Shown piece by piece: positions 18,598 through 26,456 of a stretch of DNA of 64,000 bases. The position numbers and the translations under genes are program-made. Below the pieces are notes generated by a model. It was given only the letters and a program-made list of their open reading frames with translations. It had not been told where the DNA came from and made no database searches. The stretch lies in assembly GCA_029864565.1 (NCBI GenBank), contig JAOTTD010000001.1:66232-130231 (forward strand). Reading direction: 5' to 3'. The number at the start of each line of letters is the position of its first letter. Positions within the stretch are counted from its first letter, which is position 1. Source of the stretch: Thermoplasmata archaeon (GTDB taxonomy: Archaea; Thermoplasmatota; Thermoplasmata; UBA10834).

Positions 18598-20622
18598 TCA
18601 GTATGTGACCAGCTCGATGGATTTCAGGTCTTGAACGAACCGAAGGACATTCTTGTGGTCGGTCGGGCCGTACTCGGCAGAGACGAATTCCGTGATATCG
18701 GCGAGAGAGCGTCTTCCGTCCATGAGATTGACGACCTCATACATCTTCCTCGTGAATTGGGGATCCTTCGTCTCGACTTTTCCATACCATCCGTACCTCT
18801 CCTCGCCAAGCTTCTCAGACATGAGGTCGGCGTCGAGCGTGCCCTTGAACCTTCTTCGGGGGACAATCGCCTTCGCCTCCTTCTCAGCTTTCGACAATCT
18901 CATCGCCCCGCGTTTGACGGATGCACGGCCATCGGACACAGCAACGATGATACTGTCGAGTCTGAGCTGCTCCCTCGAGCCGTGCTCTTCGACCGCCTCC
19001 GCCTGCGATTTGACAAAATCGTCTGACCCCGCCGCCTTATCGAGCCTTCTGACAGATAGCACCGCACGCACCTCTCTTCGGACGGAGTGTCTGACTCTCA
19101 ACCCATGGTATTGCGCGACCCTGTTAAACTCGACTCCATTGTCGGAGGGATCAAATGCCTCGTAGAGTTCCATCGCGGCAGCTTCGACTGCTTCGGAAAT
19201 CCTTCTGATGCCCTCAGAGCAGACCAGGATGGCCAGTTTGCGAACCATTCTCGAATCGGCACTGGCGAGAGTCAACGCAGAGGTGGCGGCCGCCCATCCT
19301 ACTCGTCGCAGGCTGTCCTCGCTCACGTTGTCGATCGTGTCCATGCTCGTGTGATAGAACAGGTCTGGCCACTGCGTCAGGCTCACACATGGGACTCCAA
19401 CCGTGGACTCGTTGAACTCCGCGTGGTCGCTCCCACCAGTGAATTGCGTCCTCGTGTATCTGAAGTTGCCCGGGATGCCGAGCTTGACCATGCTGTCGTA
19501 TTCGGAGTTCGAGCGCCCCATCATGGAGTACACGAGGTCGTTCAGGTACGACGGCATCGTATCCGGCGTGCAATCCATGCACAGGGTGGACTTGCACCGA
19601 GCCTGATCCTCACCCACCATGTCCATGTTGATTCCGGCAACGAGCCTCTTGTGCAGCTCAGGATGCTTCGACAGGTACGCCACGCTTCCGACCGTCTCAG
19701 GGACCCAGAGGAGCCGGATTGTACGCCTCGGCCTCTTGATCTTGCCTGAGGCGACCAGAGAAGTGATCGTCCTAGCGAGCTCGAGTAACAGGCCGCTGCC
19801 CGACGCGTTGTCGTTGGCGCTCGGCTTGGGGTGACAGAGGTGGGCGACGAGGACTATCTCCTCGTCGGGCATGTCCGAACCGCGGAACGTGCAGGTCACG
19901 ACGCTGTATCTCCCGGGCGATAGGTCGGCATCCACCTTGGCGTGTAATCGGACAGGTTTGGCGCTGCGCAGAAGGTCCCTGAGCTCGTTCCCCTGACGCT
20001 TGCTGAGAGAGAAGCCAAACTTGATCTTGCCCGCGCTCTTAGCGTTCGGCCATATACCCTGATACGAGTGGGCGTCCGGTATGTCGATGCTCTCACGAAC
20101 TCCTGGGAACTCGTACGTCAGGCTGTCAGTAATGACGCCGGCGGCGCCACGCTTGACGACTGCCTCGTGCTGAACCGTCTTACCCTTGCCTGTGGTCAAC
20201 ACGAACTTGCCCTTGACGCTTTTCCCCGCATAGTCCTCATCAGACAAGCCCTTTCCGACGTCCACCAGCTCGGCGGTCACGCCCTGCTTCGGCGTGCTTC
20301 GGCTGAACGTGTGGAGGGATTGTGGCACTTCCTCGTGCCTCGCTAGCACGCGGACGTCGGGCTCCACGAGTGACAGTTCTGCGCTTCTCACGTCCCATCC
20401 CATCACGGACGTGTAGGTCCAGTACTTCCGACGGCCATCAGCGGGGTAGTGCTCGATGGTGGCATCTTCCATGCCCATCTTGACCAGCTCCTCCTTCACG
20501 TAGACTGCCGCATCGCGCATCATCGGCGATCCCTGTATCCGGTGGAATTCCGTCAAGCCGGCTACGTAGCTCTTGGCAGAAGACCCCGACAGTTCGTCTT
20601 TCACAACCTTCCCGAGTTCCAT
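18598..20622 (-). CDS. M28-family zinc peptidase with PA domain and C-terminal winged-helix-like region (no signal peptide)
   Basis: Zn-ligand contexts (VLVAHLCHPKPSANDNASG, GINMDMVGED, FTGGSDHAEF) show the aminopeptidase fold. A PA-like insert and a roughly 200-aa C-terminal extension are present. Confidence 0.65.
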   Translation of the reverse strand: MELGKVVKDELSGSSAKSYVAGLTEFHRIQGSPMMRDAAVYVKEELVKMGMEDATIEHYPADGRRKYWTYTSVMGWDVRSAELSLVEPDVRVLARHEEVPQSLHTFSRSTPKQGVTAELVDVGKGLSDEDYAGKSVKGKFVLTTGKGKTVQHEAVVKRGAAGVITDSLTYEFPGVRESIDIPDAHSYQGIWPNAKSAGKIKFGFSLSKRQGNELRDLLRSAKPVRLHAKVDADLSPGRYSVVTCTFRGSDMPDEEIVLVAHLCHPKPSANDNASGSGLLLELARTITSLVASGKIKRPRRTIRLLWVPETVGSVAYLSKHPELHKRLVAGINMDMVGEDQARCKSTLCMDCTPDTMPSYLNDLVYSMMGRSNSEYDSMVKLGIPGNFRYTRTQFTGGSDHAEFNESTVGVPCVSLTQWPDLFYHTSMDTIDNVSEDSLRRVGWAAATSALTLASADSRMVRKLAILVCSEGIRRISEAVEAAAMELYEAFDPSDNGVEFNRVAQYHGLRVRHSVRREVRAVLSVRRLDKAAGSDDFVKSQAEAVEEHGSREQLRLDSIIVAVSDGRASVKRGAMRLSKAEKEAKAIVPRRRFKGTLDADLMSEKLGEERYGWYGKVETKDPQFTRKMYEVVNLMDGRRSLADITEFVSAEYGPTDHKNVLRFVQDLKSIELVTY

Positions 20623-20764
20623 GGTCAGACCGAACGAGGCTACTACGTTCCTTAGATAAAAGAACGTTCCCGTGGACTCGAACAGTAGCGCTCTTCGCTT
20701 GAGGAAAAATCAGAAGGCCCTCCGGCGTCGCGCTTCAGCCAGAGGGAGCTTCATGCAACTGTTT

Positions 20765-22948
20765 TCACTGCAGGACGGCTTCTAGAGGTGCAGTGGCGTT
20801 CCCCCACTCCACTTCGAGTTTCAGTACATCCTCCATGAACCAATCCTCGAGCGTCTGGCGGTCGTATTCGAGGTCGTCCAACGCCTCCTCCGCCGTCATC
20901 GATCCGTCCTTGAGGCCCAGATAGACGTCCTGGATATCGATGTAGCTCTGTGCCTGGTCGAAATCGTCGCCCCAGTACATGAAGCAGTCCATCATCTGGC
21001 CGTAGACGTCCAAGTACGCTTCCCTGCCGCAGTAGATGCCCCACTCCATGCTTCGCACGCTCTTCAATGCGGTCGCAGCCGCGCCGGTCGCGCCGCTTTC
21101 GAGCGCAAGCATGGCCGACATGACGGCTTTGTGGTCAGTCGCGTGCTGGTGAGGTCTCATGAGTGGCTCCCACGAGGCCATCATGCCTCCCTCGCCCATC
21201 GTCCACGGGATGAATATCCTCCTCGCGTCGATGACGGCGCGGTTCAGCTCGTCCGCCATCTCCACCACTTTCGCTTTCTTCTGCGGGGACATCGCGGAGG
21301 CGTACATCGCCTCAATCTCCGCGGCCCTCGCATTGATGGAGACATATAGGCTCTCGAGGTCTGTGAGAACTGCCAAGGCAGCGTCAATGGTAGAGCGCTG
21401 AGACGGCACCATGGGTCTCTCCTTCGCGAGGTTCTGAGCGGCCCAGCCACACACAGGCACGAAATCCAGCGGCAGCAGGAGCGCGTTCACCGACCTGAAG
21501 GCCATCAAAGCGGTGAGCTCCATCACCATGGCCAACATGTCCTCTGACTGCAGTTCGATGTCGTCGATCTGGGTATGATAGTACGGATCGAATCCCGCTC
21601 CCCACACCATCTCTATCGCAGTCCCTCCGCCCTTGCCCGCGAACGACCACGCGTCGGTCCAGGTCCAAACAGGCGTGTAGCAGTTCAAGACGTTCCGATA
21701 TCCCAGGTCGGAGATGGCGCTCCACACGAACGCGGAGGCCTCGATGGAGATCTCCAGCCACACCTTCCCTCCCGTCTTCGGGAAGCTGCCGCCATCGATG
21801 TTGAGCTCCAATACGAGGCCGTCCATGATATCGGGATGGGCGCATACGAATTCGTACGAGCCGATTAGCCAGTTGAACCACGTCCCGTCAGCACCGCCGC
21901 TCTCCTCCGAGCCGACCGAGCAGAACACCAAAGTCCTCTCGTTCACGTACTCGCGTGATTCTCTGGCTTCGGAGAACATCCTAGCCATCTCAAGCATGAT
22001 GGCGATGGATGAGCAGTCGTCGAACGAGCCCGCCCACCATGTGTCGATGTGGCCGGAGATGACAACGTATTCGTCAGCTCGAGTCGTGCCCAACAGAACG
22101 CCGGCGACATTCACGGATTTGGCATTTGGATAGAAGTCCACCTGGCCGGACATCTCCAGTTCGATATCGCCGTCGTACTCCTCCAGCAACGCCTGTATCC
22201 TGGCTGCGGAGTTGGGCGATATCGATATCGCCGGGATTGGCGAGAACACTGAGTCCTGCTTGATGCCCTCGGGGTGGTCGGCACCCGTGAAGTAGCCGTA
22301 GAACACGACAGCCGAGGCGCCGTGATACGCCGCCTCCGACGCTGGCACGTTGGGCCATCCCTGAGTGTTGTCCTCTCTGTGGACAAGGGCGATCGCCCCG
22401 TCAAGAGGGCCGGCCTGATCGAAATCATCGGCAGTCCCATAGCCCACATCGACGACCTTGGCAGTGAGTGTCTTCCTGTCGTCGCTATTTCCGTAAGCAT
22501 AGAGCGTGCCGTTGTCGTAGCCCCAAACCGACGGTGAATCGCCGTATGTGGTCGCATCGATGCTCTCAAGCTCGCCATCGGGCAGTACTATGTCCACCGT
22601 CGTCCCGTTATGGTCCCAGTTGGCCACTCGGAATGTCTCCCACCACACTTCGACCAGAGGCATCTCGGACAGCTGATCATACACGTATTGCTGGGCAGCG
22701 AGCTCCTCCTCCGACCCTGCAGTCTTCTCACCGAGGCCGGATAGATACTCAAGCTGAGCCCACGCATGTTCGTAGTCGAGTCTCTCGAGCAATGCAATCT
22801 CGCCATCGGTCAGGTTCTTCGGCTTCTGAGTGCCGATAGTCGGCATGCCGTAAGTCACTGGCATCGCTATGACGATTGCGAAAGTCAACGCTAATCCTAT
22901 TCCAACTAGTTTGCGAATCGGTTTCCCCCCTTGGCATAACCCCGACAT
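20765..22948 (-). CDS. Membrane-anchored M28/PA-domain peptidase (transferrin-receptor/PSMA-like architecture)
   Basis: There is an N-terminal TM segment (LVGIGLALTFAIVIAMPV). A PA-like region and M28 metal-binding motifs follow (VVISGHIDTWWAGSFDDCSS, FCSVGSEESGGADG, YYHTQID). A helical domain lies at the C-terminus. Confidence 0.65.
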   Translation of the reverse strand: MSGLCQGGKPIRKLVGIGLALTFAIVIAMPVTYGMPTIGTQKPKNLTDGEIALLERLDYEHAWAQLEYLSGLGEKTAGSEEELAAQQYVYDQLSEMPLVEVWWETFRVANWDHNGTTVDIVLPDGELESIDATTYGDSPSVWGYDNGTLYAYGNSDDRKTLTAKVVDVGYGTADDFDQAGPLDGAIALVHREDNTQGWPNVPASEAAYHGASAVVFYGYFTGADHPEGIKQDSVFSPIPAISISPNSAARIQALLEEYDGDIELEMSGQVDFYPNAKSVNVAGVLLGTTRADEYVVISGHIDTWWAGSFDDCSSIAIMLEMARMFSEARESREYVNERTLVFCSVGSEESGGADGTWFNWLIGSYEFVCAHPDIMDGLVLELNIDGGSFPKTGGKVWLEISIEASAFVWSAISDLGYRNVLNCYTPVWTWTDAWSFAGKGGGTAIEMVWGAGFDPYYHTQIDDIELQSEDMLAMVMELTALMAFRSVNALLLPLDFVPVCGWAAQNLAKERPMVPSQRSTIDAALAVLTDLESLYVSINARAAEIEAMYASAMSPQKKAKVVEMADELNRAVIDARRIFIPWTMGEGGMMASWEPLMRPHQHATDHKAVMSAMLALESGATGAAATALKSVRSMEWGIYCGREAYLDVYGQMMDCFMYWGDDFDQAQSYIDIQDVYLGLKDGSMTAEEALDDLEYDRQTLEDWFMEDVLKLEVEWGNATAPLEAVLQ

Positions 22949-23076
22949 ACCATATCGAGGCAGGCCGAAATCGAGTACTGACTACATAAGAATTGTCTAT
23001 TCGGGAAGCCACAAGGGCAATAGAGAGGAAAAGACATCATGTAAACCGTCGGTCCGACCGCTTCCGACTGAGAAGA

Positions 23077-23487
23077 ATGACCATGGACCCTGAAGAGACG
23101 AGGACTAGTGAGGACCCACAATCGGGCATTGACACGACCGACGAGAGCGGACTCGAGGAAAGGTTGAAGGGCGAGAGAGGGGTCTCGGTCGGAGACATCG
23201 GGCTCCCGGCGACCGTTGTCTTCAAGAGCGACGTCGAATCGACTTCCATCTACGTCGACGAAGTGGGAAACGTCTCCGTGAGCAGAGGAGCGCTTCCGAA
23301 TCCGAACCTTGTGATCGAAGGAGACCATCATGCCCTCTGCAGCATCCTGCAGACGAGGGAACCGACCTTCAAAGCTCCAGGCGCTTTTAAAATCACAGTC
23401 ACCAAGGGGACCATCCGAGGGTTCGTCGTGGAGATAGCGGAGGGACAGGACATAGACCATCCGCTCCTGGAGATCTACTTGTGTTAG
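23077..23487 (+). CDS. SCP2 (sterol-carrier-like) domain protein
   Basis: The pattern ...NPNLVIEGDHHALCSILQTREPTFKAPGAFKITVTKG... matches the SCP2 signature. The start is set at the internal ATG (MTMDPEE). The antisense 282-aa ORF is Arg/Ser/His-rich and was rejected. Confidence 0.4.
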   Translation: MTMDPEETRTSEDPQSGIDTTDESGLEERLKGERGVSVGDIGLPATVVFKSDVESTSIYVDEVGNVSVSRGALPNPNLVIEGDHHALCSILQTREPTFKAPGAFKITVTKGTIRGFVVEIAEGQDIDHPLLEIYLC

Positions 23488-23583
23488 GCGGCGCAGCCTG
23501 AGCGACAGCAGCGAAAAGACAACGATTTGTCCTGCCAACGGATTTATCGCAGGAATGGCATTACGCGAGTGAGTGTGTGAAAC

Positions 23584-23763
23584 ATGCCTGTCATTGTAGT
23601 GAACATGTGGCCAGGAAGAGACGTCGATGCGAAGCGACGCATCGCAGAAGGCATCACGAAGGTGTTCGAGACCGAGGGAGTCCCGCGGGACGTCATCGAA
23701 GTCATCATGAATGAGGTGCCGAAGACGAACTGGTCGATTGGTGGCAAATTGCACTCTGATTGA
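23584..23763 (+). CDS. 4-oxalocrotonate tautomerase-family protein (59 aa)
   Basis: Direct translation gives MPVIVVNMWPGRDVDAKRRIAEGITKVFETEGVPRDVIEVIMNEVPKTNWSIGGKLHSD*. The N-terminal Pro1, the length and ...NWSIGG match the PF01361 tautomerase fold. It is absent from the ORF track because it is under 60 aa. Confidence 0.65.
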   Translation: MPVIVVNMWPGRDVDAKRRIAEGITKVFETEGVPRDVIEVIMNEVPKTNWSIGGKLHSD

Positions 23764-23835
23764 GCCGGCGGGCTATTGCTGCGTCTTTTGAGCTCCACGC
23801 AGGACGGCAAAGGCGGGCGAATCGGGGCCCGTGAT

Positions 23836-24027
23836 TCAGTCCTTCTTCTTCTCCAAGGCGCCAGATAATATGACCGCCGCTGTCACCAACGCGGCTGACA
23901 AGGCACCCCAGCCAGCGGTCAAAGAATCATCGAATAGCACGTCGGACGCGACCTTCACTATCAGGAGCGTCAGGAAGAAGTATATCAGGCCCAGGACGAC
24001 CATCATTATAGTGGCCACCAGCGTCAC
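23836..24027 (-). CDS. Small two-TM membrane protein
   Basis: Two hydrophobic helices are followed by a KKKD tail. The ORF is 63 aa. Confidence 0.35.
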   Translation of the reverse strand: MTLVATIMMVVLGLIYFFLTLLIVKVASDVLFDDSLTAGWGALSAALVTAAVILSGALEKKKD

Positions 24028-24260
24028 CGCTAGGACGTCGAGCTTGCTCTTTATCCCCAGTCTCTCACCTCCTCCTCGAACGAACGTCGAGACAGCTTAT
24101 GAAATCGACATACAGGTACTATGGGTTTTCGGTCTCTGGGGAGGACTAAACACAATCTCGAATGGTTCCCAGATGTGCCGGGCTGATATCGAACACGCAA
24201 CCCCCAGCCGGCTTGGGCTGCGTGGAATCCACCATGAGGAAACGCTTTTGGTATACCTGC

Positions 24261-24268
24261 GTATATGG
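24261..24268 (+). promoter_or_regulatory. TATA-like element (gtatatgg) upstream of the MttB-family gene, followed by the RBS GGGGAGG at 24295-24301
   Basis: The TATA-like element is about 48 nt before the ATG at 24309. A strong Shine-Dalgarno sits 7 nt before the ATG. Confidence 0.4.
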
Positions 24269-24308
24269 GCGCGGGGATCAGAGAATTTCGATGAGGGGAG
24301 GTATCTGA

Positions 24309-25748
24309 ATGGCAGTCGCACGAATCAGATTCTTAGACCAGGACGAAGAGGAGCTCATACACCAGCAAAGCATAGAGTGCCTCGAGACAATTGGAGTGAA
24401 GGTCAAGAGCGAACGAGTCCTCGGCATGCTGAAAGAGGCCGGGGCGGCCGTAGAACCGAAGACTCAAGTGGCCAGGCTGCCAGAGAGCATGATTGAGGCC
24501 GCATTATCCAATGTTCCGAAAAGGATGATTCTGCACGGAAGGGATCCCAAGAACGACATGAGGATACCTGTCACTTCATGGCCGTACGTTGGCACATCGG
24601 GACTTGCCACATACATAATCGACGTCAAGACGGGAAAGAAGCGCGATTCGACAGTCAAGGACATCGCCGACTGCGTCAAGCTTGCCGACGGCCTGTCCGG
24701 CGTCGACTACACACAGACCTCCTTGACCGCGACGGAGGTTCCTCAGCAGACCCACGGCCTGCACGAGCTCTGGACCGCCCTGCAAAACACCACCAAGCAC
24801 GTCCAGGGCATCGAAATATTCGACGCAGAGGACGCTCGGAAGCAGGTCGAACTCGGAGCGCTGGTTGCGGGCGGCGAGGAAGAGCTGGACAAGAGGCCGC
24901 ACTTTACGGTCATTCACTGCTCGATTGCTCCGCTCATGTTCGAGCATGACGCTGTCGAGGCGATGGTCGAGTTCGCAATGGCTGGTGTGCCCATCACGAC
25001 GATGTCGATGTCACTCTCTGGTGGAACAGCACCTGTCACTCTTGCAGGAACGCTGGTGAACGCCAACTCGGAGAATCTGGCCAGCTTCGTGATTGGCCAG
25101 GCTGCGAGGAAGGGTGCGCGAACCGTATACTGCTCGTCCTCCACGCCGGTCAACATGAGCACCGGCATGATACACTACCAGAGCGCCAACCAGCCGCTGA
25201 TAGCGGCTGGGCTAGCCCAGATGGCTCGACGGTACGGCCTCCCTTGCATGGTCGGCGATTGGGGCCTCAATGACACGGATGTCCCAGGATTTCCGCACAC
25301 ATTCAGCGAGACCATGGGGATTGCACTCAGCACTATGTCTGGAACGGACATGATGGGAGGCGTTGGGTCGCTGGACAACGCCAAGGGCATGGCGCTCGAG
25401 CAGGAAGTCATCGACTCCTACGTCTGGGAGAATGTGCGGATGCAGATGACTCCTTTTGAGATCAGCAAGGCGACCGCTGCACTCGATGTGATTAGGGAGG
25501 TCGGGCACGGCAACACATTCCTCACCAACATCCACACCGCACGCAACTTCCGAAGGGAGGCTATCCAAAGAGACTCTGACAAGGGCAGGTTCGAATCCAC
25601 CATGTCTAAGGCGATGGTCGCGGAGGCAAAGGAAATCGCGGTGAGGCTCCTCAGGGAGCACGAGGTTACGCCGTTGGAGGAATCCGTCGTCCGGCAGGGC
25701 AACGAGCTGATAAAGAACTTCGAAAAGGAACGGATCAGACGCGCGTAA
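24309..25748 (+). CDS. MttB-superfamily (trimethylamine methyltransferase-like, COG5598) methyltransferase, non-pyrrolysine
   Basis: The 479-aa ORF is continuous with no in-frame amber. It shows MttB-family similarity along its whole length. The sizes and gene order match MtgB/MtpB-type quaternary-amine:corrinoid methyltransferases. Confidence 0.8.
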   Translation: MAVARIRFLDQDEEELIHQQSIECLETIGVKVKSERVLGMLKEAGAAVEPKTQVARLPESMIEAALSNVPKRMILHGRDPKNDMRIPVTSWPYVGTSGLATYIIDVKTGKKRDSTVKDIADCVKLADGLSGVDYTQTSLTATEVPQQTHGLHELWTALQNTTKHVQGIEIFDAEDARKQVELGALVAGGEEELDKRPHFTVIHCSIAPLMFEHDAVEAMVEFAMAGVPITTMSMSLSGGTAPVTLAGTLVNANSENLASFVIGQAARKGARTVYCSSSTPVNMSTGMIHYQSANQPLIAAGLAQMARRYGLPCMVGDWGLNDTDVPGFPHTFSETMGIALSTMSGTDMMGGVGSLDNAKGMALEQEVIDSYVWENVRMQMTPFEISKATAALDVIREVGHGNTFLTNIHTARNFRREAIQRDSDKGRFESTMSKAMVAEAKEIAVRLLREHEVTPLEESVVRQGNELIKNFEKERIRRA

Positions 25749-25769
25749 TCGCGGACGACAACAACCGTC

Positions 25770-26390
25770 TCAATCATCGGGGTCGATCTGATTGGGCATA
25801 TCGAGGCCGGTTGATTTCTCCGGCGAGTCCTGGAATGGCTTTCGGACAAGTCTGTACGCCACGAAGCCGAGCACAATCGCGGCCGAGGCGAATGCGGCGA
25901 GAGGTACGATCCATGACAACTGTCCTCCCAGAGAATCATCGTCGCTGAATTCCTGCATCAAGTCGTCGTACTCCCCGCTCGACCTAGGCGTGAGCAACGA
26001 GTCGTCGCCTGTCTGAACCATCACGCCCACAGCCAGGAAGAACACGGCCGCAAGAAGGACGATCCACGTCGCAGAGAGCACGATGACTATCCGCGTGTTC
26101 TCGTTGGGCGCCATCAGATCTCGCGCCTTCCATGTGAGGCCGTAGTACACGAAACCGTGGTCCTCGTGACGCTTAACAAGCCCGCCCTCCTCCATCTTCT
26201 TGAGGTGGCGATGTATAGCTCCCTTGTCTATCCCCAGCTCCTCGGAGAGCTGCGAGACGGTCCTGCGCATGGGATGAAGGGACTTGAGCATCTCGAGGCG
26301 GGTGTCCGAGGCTAGGGCGAATAAGGACTTCTTGTCAAGCTCCACGCGCATTTCCCTGGCACCTAACCAGGGTATGGAATCCCTGACCAT
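25770..26390 (-). CDS. Membrane-anchored winged-helix (ArsR-like) transcriptional regulator
   Basis: An HTH is present (VSQLSEELGIDKGAIHRHLKKMEEGGLV), followed by two TM helices. The start is uncertain; the ORF track extends to 26450. Confidence 0.55.
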   Translation of the reverse strand: MVRDSIPWLGAREMRVELDKKSLFALASDTRLEMLKSLHPMRRTVSQLSEELGIDKGAIHRHLKKMEEGGLVKRHEDHGFVYYGLTWKARDLMAPNENTRIVIVLSATWIVLLAAVFFLAVGVMVQTGDDSLLTPRSSGEYDDLMQEFSDDDSLGGQLSWIVPLAAFASAAIVLGFVAYRLVRKPFQDSPEKSTGLDMPNQIDPDD

Positions 26391-26456
26391 AAACTTCGCC
26401 TCCCTTGGCGGCCGCCAGCCAGCGTCAGCAGAAGCCAATTCTGAACACACCTCTCC

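Noticed and set aside
22906-23754. 282-aa minus-strand ORF
   Set aside because: It overlaps both the SCP2-like gene and the 59-aa tautomerase gene on the opposite strand. It is Arg/Ser/His-rich with no motif. The plus-strand genes have recognisable folds.
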